From positions 2,496,001-2,560,000 of the forward strand of contig JASGHJ010000002.1 in the NCBI GenBank assembly GCA_047602405.1: a stretch of 64,000 nt of DNA, in the 5' to 3' direction. A program made the position numbers and the translations under genes. The first letter of the stretch is position 1. Every line of letters begins with the position of its first letter. Under the pieces are notes generated by a model, which worked only from the letters and a program-made list of their open reading frames with translations, ran no database searches and was not told the DNA's origin. Below are positions 10,523 through 18,825 of this stretch, one piece after another. Source of the stretch: Anaeromyxobacteraceae bacterium (lineage in GTDB: Bacteria; Myxococcota; Myxococcia; Myxococcales; Anaeromyxobacteraceae).

Positions 10523-11269
10523 CGCCGGTCCTCGCGGTCGACGCGCTCCGGAAGGTCTACGCCGGCGCGCCCGCGGTGGACGGCGTGTCGTTCGAGGTCC
10601 GCCCCGGCGAGAATCGTGGGCCTGCTCGGGCCGAACGGCGCCGGGAAGACCACCACCCTCTCGATCATCCTCGGCGTGCTCTCGCCCACCGCGGGCACGA
10701 TCCACGTCGACGGCATCGACCTCGCCGCGCGGCGGGCCGAGGCGCTCGAGCGCACGGGCTTCGCCGCCGTCTACGCCGCGCTGCCCGGCAACCTCACGGT
10801 CGTCCAGAACCTCAGGGTCTCCGGGATGCTCTACGGCGTCGGCGACCTCGAGGCGCGCATCGAGGCCACGCTCGAGGCGCTCGACCTCGTCCGCTTCCGT
10901 AACGCGAAGACCGGGGTGCTGTCCTCCGGCGAGCAGACGCGCGTCTCGCTCGCGAAGGCGCTCCTCAACCGGCCGCGGCTGCTCCTCCTGGACGAGCCGA
11001 CGGCCTCGCTCGACCCCTCCACCGCCCGCGACCTGCGCGCCCGGATCAAGGCGTCGGCGGCCTCCGGCGAGATCGCCGGGGTCCTCTGGACCTCGCACAA
11101 CATGCTCGAGGTCGAGGCGGTCTGCGATCGCGTGCTGTTCCTCTCGAAGGGCAAGATCCTCCTCGAGGGCGACCCCCGGCGGCTGCCCGGCGAGCACGGC
11201 AAGGCCACGCTCGAGGATCTCTTCGTCGCGGTCGCGCGCGAGCCGCTCTCGCTGGAGGGCGCCGCGTGA
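10519..11269 (+). CDS. ABC transporter ATP-binding protein with an apparent +1 frameshift at 10612-10613
   Basis: GTG 10519 gives [14 protein letters not shown]...VSFEVRPGE; removing one A joins it to [26 protein letters not shown]; span is 3n+1. Confidence 0.85.
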
Positions 11270-12072
11270 TCCGCCCCCGCCGCGTCTGGGCGCTCGTGCT
11301 GCGCCAGCTCTACCTGCTCCGCGGGAGCCCCGCCCGCGTGCTGCCGCTGTTCGCCTGGGTGGCGATCGACGTCGTCCTGTGGGGCTTCATCTCCCGCTAC
11401 CTCGACCAGGTCTCCGCCGCGCGCTTCGACTTCGTCCCGGTGCTCCTCGGCGCGGTGCTGCTCTGGGACTTCTTCGGCCGGGTCCTGCACGGCGTGGCCA
11501 TGGCGTTCTTCGAGGACGTGTGGTCGCGGAACTTCCTCAACGTCTTCGCCGCGCCCATCACCACGGTCGAGTACGTCGCGGGGCTCGTCTGCTCCTCGAT
11601 CCTCACGAGCAGCGTCGGCCTCGCGGTGATGCTGGCGCTCGCCTTCCTCGGCTTCGGCCTCTCGTACCTGGGCGCCGCCGCCGCGGTGGTCCCGGCGCTC
11701 CTCGTCCTCTTCCTCTTCGGCATCGCCCTCGGCATCGTGGGCTGCGCCGTGGTCCTGCGCCTTGGCCCCGCCGCCGAGTGGCTGATCTGGCCGGTCCCGG
11801 CCATGATCTCGCCCTTCGCGGGCGTCTTCTATCCCGTCTCCACCCTGCCGCCCTGGATGCAGGCGGTGTCCTGGCTGCTCCCGCCCTCCTACGTCTTCGA
11901 GACCCTCCGGGCGGTCCTCGGCGGGGCCCCGGTCGCGTGGGGCGCCCTCGCCATCGCGGCGGCCCTCGCCGTGCTCGACGTCGTCCTCGCGGGCTGGCTG
12001 TTCGTGGCCGTTCACCGCCACGCCGTTCGCACGGGGCTCCTCGCCAGGTACTCCGCGGAGACCGTCTCGTAG
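11266..12072 (+). CDS. ABC-2 type transporter permease
   Basis: About six hydrophobic segments, GVFYPVSTLPPWMQAVSWLLP; overlaps the ATPase stop. Confidence 0.9.
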   Translation: MIRPRRVWALVLRQLYLLRGSPARVLPLFAWVAIDVVLWGFISRYLDQVSAARFDFVPVLLGAVLLWDFFGRVLHGVAMAFFEDVWSRNFLNVFAAPITTVEYVAGLVCSSILTSSVGLAVMLALAFLGFGLSYLGAAAAVVPALLVLFLFGIALGIVGCAVVLRLGPAAEWLIWPVPAMISPFAGVFYPVSTLPPWMQAVSWLLPPSYVFETLRAVLGGAPVAWGALAIAAALAVLDVVLAGWLFVAVHRHAVRTGLLARYSAETVS

Positions 12073-12087
12073 CGGCGGTCCGTTGGA

Positions 12088-12365
12088 GGTGCGTGTTCGT
12101 GGGGGCGAAACGCGCCTCCGCGACGCCGGCCGGCTTCGTCGGTCTGTGTATGGAACCGATGCCCGGAACCGGGTGTGCTGCGATCGTGGAGGCCGCGGCA
12201 GGCCTGCACGCGAGTTGCGTGTGACGGCACAGCGCGCTGCGCGCGCCATGCCGTCACACGCCCTCGTCGCTTGGCCTGCAATCGCTAGGCTACTGGGAAC
12301 GTGGAGAGCCCGACCTCCGCCGGCCGTCGCTGCGGAGGTGCGTTTCGCCCTCGGGCGTAGTGAAC
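12088..12365. repeat. Structured repeat unit, copy A (REPIN/MITE-like)
   Basis: Bounded by inverted 22-mers GGGGGCGAAACGCGCCTCCGCG (12101-12122) and TGCGGAGGTGCGTTTCGCCCTC (12331-12352); perfect 13-bp stem 12217-12229/12249-12261; homologous to 14006-14289 and 49328-49766. Confidence 0.85.
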
Positions 12366-12420
12366 GGTGATCGGCCGATACTGCTGGGTGGTGAGTATTG
12401 AACTGATATGGTTGGACCCG

Positions 12421-12681
12421 TCAACGAAGCCGGCCCGGTCGCAGGGTCGGCTTTTTCGTTTCTGCGTTCGGGCGGCCAAGGCGGTGGTCGACCTGAACTA
12501 GAGCGACGGCGGATCAGACTGATATTCGCGGGTTGGGTACCGCATGACCTGAATCCGTCGGGGGCTGCCTCGGTCTAACAGCGGGCATCAGGCTTCACGG
12601 CCCTGCCCATAGTTCATACGAGGATTCCCCTTTGGGCCGGACCAAGTCGTCCACCGCCCTCGCCGCCCGAACGCGTCACAG
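12421..12681 (-). ncRNA. Candidate bridge RNA/seekRNA of the IS1111-type element (exact ends unknown)
   Basis: Non-coding region downstream of the transposase with segments matching the reconstructed target (12610-12616, 12575-12579) and the donor junction (12513-12525). Confidence 0.7.
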
Positions 12682-13776
12682 CTACGCCTTTAGGAGTTGT
12701 GGCTGGCGCCCGATGGCCCAGACGAATCCCGCCAACTCGCGCGCGATGGCAACGACGACGCGGTTCTTGTTCATCCCGCGTCCCGTGAGCTTCCGATAGC
12801 GACCGCAGAGCCGCTCCTGGGCACGCCAGGCGATTCGCAAGACCTCCTCCGACAAGCCTCGACTTCTCTTCCTGAGGGCAGGGCTGTTCGCTGCTCGGTA
12901 CCGGTAAGCCCAGGCGGCCTCGACGAGAATGCGCCGAGCGTGGCCGTTCCCGGCGCGTGTGATTCTCCCTTGCTGCCGAGTTTCTCCGCTCGAGTGTTCC
13001 GAGGGGACGAGGCCGAGGTAGCCCATCAGCTCGGGGGCAGTGGCGAACCGGTCCAGGTCGCCGAGCTCCGCTGCGAGCACCGTGGCCGTGATGAGGTTGA
13101 CGCCGCGTAGCGACTGTAGCGCCTTCACCAGGGGCATCCGGCTCCAGCTCTCCACGAGCTCCTCGATGCTGCGGGTATGCCGGCGAACCCTCTCCCCCAC
13201 GTCTTCCACCGTCTTCAGGTAGTCCTCGAGGACCCGTTGCTGCGCCTCGTGCTCGAAATGCTGGACCCGAACCCACGCCAGGTGGTCGCGAGTCCACCGT
13301 GTCTTCCCTGTCCAGCGCCGCCCATGACGGAGAAGGAACTTCCCGAGCTGGTGACGGGCTACGCGCTCAGCCTTCTTCGCGGCATCTCGCGCGCGCTCGA
13401 GATCGCGCATGGCCTCGGTGGCTTCGTCGGGCACGTGGACTTCGGTCAGGTCTCCAGACCTCAGAAACCGGGCGAGCTTCACGGCATCCCGCCGGTCGGT
13501 CTTGACGCGATTGCCGGCCTTCATAGGCACCAACGAAGGCGCGACCACGACGCATTCGACGCCGCCGGCGTTGAGCGCTCGGTAGAGCCCGAACCCTGTT
13601 GGACCAGCCTCGTAGCAGCATTTGATGGTACCGAGCCGTCGCAGGCGCTTCAGCAGTGCCGCGGTGTCGTTGGCGACGACCGCCAAAGCGCTCGGCTCTC
13701 CCCGGCCGGGCTCAGCGACCGCGATGGCGATGCTGTCTGCGTGGACGTCGAGACCGACGAATCGTACGCTCTCCAT
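12682..13776 (-). CDS. IS110 family transposase/recombinase, 364 aa
   Basis: DEDD residues in VGLDVH, CYEAG, KTDRRDA; C-terminal GYLGLVPSEHSSG with catalytic Ser; GGGAGG upstream of ATG 13776. Confidence 0.96.
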   Translation of the reverse strand: MESVRFVGLDVHADSIAIAVAEPGRGEPSALAVVANDTAALLKRLRRLGTIKCCYEAGPTGFGLYRALNAGGVECVVVAPSLVPMKAGNRVKTDRRDAVKLARFLRSGDLTEVHVPDEATEAMRDLERARDAAKKAERVARHQLGKFLLRHGRRWTGKTRWTRDHLAWVRVQHFEHEAQQRVLEDYLKTVEDVGERVRRHTRSIEELVESWSRMPLVKALQSLRGVNLITATVLAAELGDLDRFATAPELMGYLGLVPSEHSSGETRQQGRITRAGNGHARRILVEAAWAYRYRAANSPALRKRSRGLSEEVLRIAWRAQERLCGRYRKLTGRGMNKNRVVVAIARELAGFVWAIGRQPQLLKA

Positions 13777-13874
13777 GGTTGGACCCGCCTCCCGCTGTGG
13801 CTCTGCGCCGTGGGGTTTCGCAGCTTCGCGGAGTAACCCACGTTCGCGTGACAGCGGGTCCAACCATTCTGTCT

Positions 13875-14009
13875 AACGGTAAATACGATGAGGCTGCGAC
13901 GGGAGCCGTTGGCCTGAACCTGCGGATGAACGATCAGCGCGTCGCCCACCGCCGATGCCAGCCCGTTGGTCGTTCATCAGCACCCGGCATCCACGGCCGA
14001 CGTTAGTTC
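13875..14009. other. attC-like imperfect hairpin, right part of the site interrupted by the IS
   Basis: With the IS removed, GAACTAACG pairs with CGTTAGTTC (14001-14009); inner stem GATGAACGATCAGCG/CGTTGGTCGTTCATC. Confidence 0.45.
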
Positions 14010-14289
14010 TCCACGCCCGAGAGCCAAACGGGCCTCCGCAGCAGCGCGCAGCGAGCGACGGGCGAGGCTCCGTCTCCACATCGGGGCAATGCAGGCCAAG
14101 CGACGAGGGCGTGTGACGGCGACGTGCGCGAAGCGCACGGCGTCGTCACGCGCAACTCGCGTGCAGGCCTGCTGCCACGATCACCGCCATGGAACGGCAA
14201 CGGTTCCGGCGATCGCTTCCGTCTCAAACCCGTCCGAGCAAGCGCTGTCGCGGAGGCCCGTTTGGCTCCCACGGCACCGCATGCCGACA
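14006..14289. repeat. Structured repeat unit, copy B (inverted relative to copy A)
   Basis: Bounded by GAGAGCCAAACGGGCCTCCGCA (14019-14040) and CGCGGAGGCCCGTTTGGCTCCC (14249-14270); 14202-14269 matches 49679-49746 at 67/68 nt. Confidence 0.88.
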
Positions 14290-14305
14290 AACGGGAGGGA
14301 GGGAG

Positions 14306-16117
14306 TCACGTGGTTCCGTAGAGCTCGCCGACGGACTTCCCGAGCCACGCCATGAGCGCGTCCCGCTTCACCTTGAGGGTGGGCGTGAGGAGCTGCGGAT
14401 GCTCGGCGAGCTCTCCCGCGATGACGAGGAGCTTCTTCGGCTTCTCGTAGTCGCTGAAGGAGGCGAGGACGGCGCGGGCGTGCGGGAGGAGCGTGGCGGC
14501 CGCGTCCTGGCCGGCTGCGGCGAGGCGGGAGAGCTCGTCGCGGGAGACGAAGACGACGGCGGCGACGAAGGGCCGGCCCTCGCCGAGGAGCACCGCGCCC
14601 TGGAACGGGTGGGCGGCGCCCAGGGCCTGCTCGATGGGCTCGGGGGAGAGCTTCTTCCCGGTCGAGAGGACGAGGACGTGCTTCTTGCGGCCCTCGACGC
14701 GGAGCGCGCCGTCGGCCTCGAACTTCACGAGGTCGCCGGTGTGGAAGAAGCCCTCCTCGTCGAAGGCGGCGCGGTCGTCCTCCGCCTCGAGGTGGCCGGT
14801 GAGCATGAGCGGCCCCTTCAGCATGAGCTCGCCGTCGGCGCCGACGCGGACCACGTGGTCCGGGGAGACGTAGCCCACCACGCCCGGGCGGCGCGGGCCT
14901 GCGCGCAGGTTCGAGCTGATCATGCCCGCGGTCTCGCTCATCCCGTAAAGCTCCACGAGCGGGAGGCCGAGCGACTCGAAGAAGCGGAAGAGCGCCGGGG
15001 AGGCCGGGGCGCCGCCCGCGTAGAGGCCGCGCACCCGGCCGCCGAGCTTCGCCCGGACGGCCTTCCCGACCAGGCGGTCGGCGAGCGCGGTCCAGACGTG
15101 ATCCGAGAGGCGCGCGGAGCCGTCGACGCGCGTCCGCGCGGCGCCCTGGAGCGCCGCGTTCGCGAGGGCCCGCACCGGCGCGGGCAGCTTCGCGACCTTC
15201 GCGAGGACCGCGTCGCGGATGCGCTCGTACACGAGCGGCACCGAGAAGAGGTAGGTCGGCCCGAGCGCGAGCGCGCGCTCCATCTCCTCGCGCCCGGAGA
15301 TCATGAGGAGCCGGTGCGCCTGCGCGACCGCGAGGAAGAACTGGTCGTGCCCGGCGACGTGCGCGAAGGGCAGGAAGTGCAGGCCGAGGTCGTCGGGCGA
15401 GACGCCGGTCGCCGGCCCGCCCGCGTCCACCGCGGTGACGATGGCGCGCTGCGAGAGGCGCACGCCCTTCGGCCGGCCGGTGGTGCCGCTCGTGAAGAGG
15501 AGCAGGAAGGGGTCGTCCTCGCCGGCCTGCGCGGCGAGCGCCTCGAGGTGCTCGAGGCCCGGGCCGCCGGCCTCGAGCGCCGCGCGCGCCTCGACCACCT
15601 CGACGCCGGCGGGGACCCTGGCCGGCGGGAGCGGCTCCAGGGTGACGACGCCGCGGAGGCCCGCCTCGACGAGCTCCCCGCCGATGGGCGCGAGCTTCTC
15701 CCACTGGGCGGGCCCCGTGACGAAGGCCACCCGCGGGCGGACCCGCCGGGCGATGCCCTGCGCGGTCTCCGCCGAGAGGCTCGCGAAGAGCGCCGCCGGC
15801 TCGGCGCGGACGGCCTGGGCGCCGAGCGCGAGCTCCTGCCACTCCGGCGCGTTCTCGGCGAGGAAGAGCACCCGGTCCCCGGCGCCGACGCCGAGCCGCG
15901 TGAGGAGCGCGGCCGCCCGGGCGATCGCCTCCGCGAAGCCGCGGAACGTGACCGACCGCTCCGTGCCGCCCTTCTCGAGGAACCGGATGAAGACCTCGTC
16001 GCCCTTCTTCCGCGCGGCGGTGAGGACCTGGCGCGGCAGCGTCCGGTCCGGATGGCGGGCGACCTCGAGGCGGCGGAGCTGGGGCTCGGTGCGGGCGTCC
16101 ATGACGCACCGGACCAT
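14306..16117 (-). CDS. Long-chain fatty acid--CoA ligase (AMP-binding)
   Basis: LFTSGTTGRPKGV, YGMSETAG, FHTGDL, LTPTLKVKR. Confidence 0.92.
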   Translation of the reverse strand: MVRCVMDARTEPQLRRLEVARHPDRTLPRQVLTAARKKGDEVFIRFLEKGGTERSVTFRGFAEAIARAAALLTRLGVGAGDRVLFLAENAPEWQELALGAQAVRAEPAALFASLSAETAQGIARRVRPRVAFVTGPAQWEKLAPIGGELVEAGLRGVVTLEPLPPARVPAGVEVVEARAALEAGGPGLEHLEALAAQAGEDDPFLLLFTSGTTGRPKGVRLSQRAIVTAVDAGGPATGVSPDDLGLHFLPFAHVAGHDQFFLAVAQAHRLLMISGREEMERALALGPTYLFSVPLVYERIRDAVLAKVAKLPAPVRALANAALQGAARTRVDGSARLSDHVWTALADRLVGKAVRAKLGGRVRGLYAGGAPASPALFRFFESLGLPLVELYGMSETAGMISSNLRAGPRRPGVVGYVSPDHVVRVGADGELMLKGPLMLTGHLEAEDDRAAFDEEGFFHTGDLVKFEADGALRVEGRKKHVLVLSTGKKLSPEPIEQALGAAHPFQGAVLLGEGRPFVAAVVFVSRDELSRLAAAGQDAAATLLPHARAVLASFSDYEKPKKLLVIAGELAEHPQLLTPTLKVKRDALMAWLGKSVGELYGTT

Positions 16118-16191
16118 GTGCTCCCACTGTCACCGGCCGGTCACCACGGCTGCGGCGTTGCGCCGCGCCCGTGCCCGTGAGGCGCCACGGG

Positions 16192-17568
16192 TCAGCCGCG
16201 CACCAGGAGCGCCACGGCCTCCACGTGGTGCGTCTGCGGGAACATGTCGACGGCGCGCACGGAGGCCACCCGGAAGCCGGCCCTGGTGCACGCGTTGAGG
16301 TCGCGCGCGAGCGTGGCGGGGTCGCAGGACACGTAGACGGCCCGCTCCACGGCGAGGTCGCGCAGGAGCGGCCCCACGCCCTTCGCGCCCTCCCGGGGCG
16401 GGTCGAGGAGCGCCAGGCGGAACCGCGGCGCGTCCGGGCCGCGCTCCCGGCCGAGCGCGGCGCCGAGCTTGAGCGCGTCGCCGGCGAAGAACCGGACGTT
16501 GCCCGCGGCCGGCCCGCCGCCCGCGCCCGCCGGGCCGAGATCGGCGCGCGCGAGCTCGAGCGAGGGGCCGGCGACCTCGATCGCCGAGACGGAGCGCGCC
16601 CGCGCCGCGAGCGGCGACGTGAAGTTGCCCGCCCCGCAGAAGAGCTCGAGGACGGCGTCCTGGGGCCCGGGCGCCAGCATCGCGAGCGCCTCCGCCACGA
16701 GGAGCGCGTTCGCGCCCCGGTTCGCCTGCAGGAAGACGTCGGGCCGCGACCGCTGCAGCCCGGCGGCGGGATGGCCGGGGTCGCGGGGATGCCGGAGCAC
16801 CGGGTCGCCCACCACCGCGGGCGGCTGCCCCTCCGCCGTGAGCACCACCCCCGAGAGCGCGGGGACGAGCGCGAGCAGCGCCTCGGCGCGCTTCCTGGCC
16901 GAGGCGCCCGTGTCGGCCACCTTCGCGTGGGCGGCCCCCCTGCCCTCCTGCTCCGACCACTCGAGCGAGACCTCGGTCGCGGCGAGCCCTGCCTCGACGA
17001 GCGCCGGACCGACGCCGGCGCGGAGCGCGTCGAGGCCCGGCACGAGCAGGTGGCACTCCTCGAGGCGCACCGGCGCGTGCGAGCGCCGCTGGAAGAAGAC
17101 GAGCCGGCGGCTCGGACGATTGAGGTGGAACTTCGCCCGGACCCGGTAGCGGAGCGGCGCCGGCGAGCCGAGGATGGGCCGCTCCTCGTAGGTGCCCGGC
17201 TCGAGGCGGCCGATGCGCCGGAGCGCCTCGCGCACGGTGCGGGCCTTCACCCGGAGCTGCTCCTCGTAGCGGACGTGCAGCCACTCGCAGCCGCCGCAGA
17301 GCGCGTCGCGCCCCGGGAGCGGGGGCGGCGGCGTGCCGGGGGCGCGCACGCCGAAGTGCGAGCAGGGCGGCGGGACGCGGGCCGCGCCGGGCGCGGCGAG
17401 CTCCACGAGCGTCGCGTGGAGGGCGCCCTCCGACGGCGCGGCCTCCACGACGGCGCGGTCGCCGGGCGCGGTGAAGGGGACGTAGGCGACCTGCCCCTCC
17501 GGCCCCTCCGGACGGCCCATGCCCTCCCCGCCCGCGGCGAGGTCGGTGATGTCGAGCGTGAGCTTCAG
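16192..17568 (-). CDS. rlmD: 23S rRNA (uracil-C5)-methyltransferase, RlmD/TrmA family (start uncertain: CTG 17568 or ATG 17520)
   Basis: CGGC cluster motif, FLQAN, ELFCGAGNF, LDPPREG, YVSCDPATLARD, DMFPQTHHVE. Confidence 0.85.
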   Translation of the reverse strand: MKLTLDITDLAAGGEGMGRPEGPEGQVAYVPFTAPGDRAVVEAAPSEGALHATLVELAAPGAARVPPPCSHFGVRAPGTPPPPLPGRDALCGGCEWLHVRYEEQLRVKARTVREALRRIGRLEPGTYEERPILGSPAPLRYRVRAKFHLNRPSRRLVFFQRRSHAPVRLEECHLLVPGLDALRAGVGPALVEAGLAATEVSLEWSEQEGRGAAHAKVADTGASARKRAEALLALVPALSGVVLTAEGQPPAVVGDPVLRHPRDPGHPAAGLQRSRPDVFLQANRGANALLVAEALAMLAPGPQDAVLELFCGAGNFTSPLAARARSVSAIEVAGPSLELARADLGPAGAGGGPAAGNVRFFAGDALKLGAALGRERGPDAPRFRLALLDPPREGAKGVGPLLRDLAVERAVYVSCDPATLARDLNACTRAGFRVASVRAVDMFPQTHHVEAVALLVRG

Positions 17569-17589
17569 GGTGAGACCTCGAGGGAGAGG

Positions 17590-17976
17590 TTAAGCCTCGA
17601 GCCCCTTCTTGAGCCGGTCGACGAACGCCTCGATCTCGGCCTTCTGCGCGTCGCCGAGGCGGGTGAACTCGATCGCCATGCCGGGGACCAGGTTCGCGTG
17701 GTTGTCGAACTCGGTGATCCGCCGGACCCGCCCCTCGAGCTCGTGGGGGAACTTCGCGCCGGGGAGCTGGATGAGGATCTTCACCTCGGTGCCGACCGGC
17801 AGCGGGTTGCGGGTGTTGATGAACACGCCGCCCTGGCTGATGTTGGTCGCCCAGTCGGTGAGGAAGCTCCCGACGCTCCGGTACGCGACCGGGATCTCGT
17901 GGTGCAGCCGCTCCGCCCGCCGCTTGTTGTCGCCCGGCTTCGTGTCGCCCGGCTTGTTGTCGGAGGTGTGCGCCAC
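17590..17976 (-). CDS. Stand-alone PilZ domain protein (myxobacterial TIGR02266 type)
   Basis: RRAER (RxxxR) and NISQGGVFI motifs, GMAIEF. Confidence 0.88.
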   Translation of the reverse strand: MAHTSDNKPGDTKPGDNKRRAERLHHEIPVAYRSVGSFLTDWATNISQGGVFINTRNPLPVGTEVKILIQLPGAKFPHELEGRVRRITEFDNHANLVPGMAIEFTRLGDAQKAEIEAFVDRLKKGLEA

Positions 17977-18028
17977 GGGAAAACTCTAGCAGTCGCACCT
18001 CCCCAGGCCAAGCGGCGATCGCGAAACG

Positions 18029-18805
18029 CTACCGTGCGAGCACCACGCGCACCTCGTGACCCCTCGCGCCACCCAGGGCGGTCGCGGCGCTCCCCTCCCG
18101 CTCGGCGACCTCCACGCGCCCGCCGCTCCCCAGGTAGGCCACGAGCTCACCCCGCTCGGCCTCACCGAAGGTGCGGACCCAGCGGACCGGCCGGCCGTCG
18201 AGGGCCGCCTGGACCACCTCCTGCCCGCCGAGGTCCGCCGCGGTGACCGAGGTGAGGAGGTTCCCGAAGGAATCCGCGGCCAGGGTGATCCCGGCGAGCT
18301 CGCGGCCGCGCCGCCGCGCGACAGGCCACTCGAGCCGCACCGGGTCGGCCATCGCGGGGCCGAGCGCCGAGGGATTGGTGCCGGAGGCCAGGAGGGCGGC
18401 GGCCGGGGCGAAGAGGTCCCGGCCGTGGAACGTCGCCGAGGCGGGGGACGGCACCGCCTCACCCGGGACGATTTGGCGCACCCGGGCGCCCGGACCCAGG
18501 AACGGGGTGAAGAGGCCGTTGTCCGGGCCGACGAGCCGGCGGCCCTCCGGGTCGACGACGGCGAGGGCCCGGCGGGCCGTGCCCACGCCGGGGTCGACGA
18601 CCGCGAGGTGGACCGCCTGGGGCGGGAACCACCGCACGCAGGCCTCGAGCTGGAGCGCCCCCGCGAGCACGTCGTACGCCGGGACCTCGTGCGAGAGGTC
18701 GACGAGGCGCACGTCGGGCACGAGGCGCAGGAGCACGCCCTTCACCTGGGCCGGGTAGCCGGACCCCGCCCCGAAGTCGGTGAGGAGCGTGACGATCGGG
18801 CTCAT
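18029..18805 (-). CDS. SAM hydrolase/halogenase (DUF62) family protein
   Basis: TLLTDFG, VVDPGVGTARR, VGPDNGL, SATFHGRDLFAP, DSFGNLLT. Confidence 0.92.
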   Translation of the reverse strand: MSPIVTLLTDFGAGSGYPAQVKGVLLRLVPDVRLVDLSHEVPAYDVLAGALQLEACVRWFPPQAVHLAVVDPGVGTARRALAVVDPEGRRLVGPDNGLFTPFLGPGARVRQIVPGEAVPSPASATFHGRDLFAPAAALLASGTNPSALGPAMADPVRLEWPVARRRGRELAGITLAADSFGNLLTSVTAADLGGQEVVQAALDGRPVRWVRTFGEAERGELVAYLGSGGRVEVAEREGSAATALGGARGHEVRVVLAR

Positions 18806-18825
18806 GCCCCGGGCCTGCGGTGCGC

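Larger units (their letters stand above)
12403..13874 (-). mobile_element. IS110-family insertion sequence, IS1111 type, complete
   Basis: Sub-terminal 13-bp IRs ATGGTTGGACCCG (12408-12420) and CGGGTCCAACCAT (13855-13867); CT (AG on minus) core at 12403-12404 and 13873-13874; transposase followed by a long non-coding region; visibly less GC-rich than host genes. Confidence 0.92.

Noticed and set aside
3727..11197. Very long ORFs such as 3727..6882 (-), 6755..11197 (-), 6530..9526 (+), and 51053..55072 (+) elsewhere
   Set aside because: High-GC shadow frames with Arg/Pro/Gly-rich translations; only the sub-segments annotated as VanZ, CoxE and M48 carry family motifs.
12083..12370. Short ORFs over the repeat copies (12083..12370, 14003..14290, 49147..49494) that resemble each other
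   Set aside because: The similarity comes from the DNA repeat; frames are not preserved between copies and changes follow base pairing, not codons.
13777..13863. Longer 393-aa start for the IS110 transposase
   Set aside because: The extension runs through the left IR; the family N-terminus (FVGLDVH) and an SD fit ATG 13776.
12088..14289. Treating copies A and B as the terminal inverted repeats of the IS (a 2.2-kb element)
   Set aside because: The IS has its own 13-bp sub-terminal IRs, core and junction promoter at 12403-13874, and the repeats occur without it at 49.3-49.8 kb.
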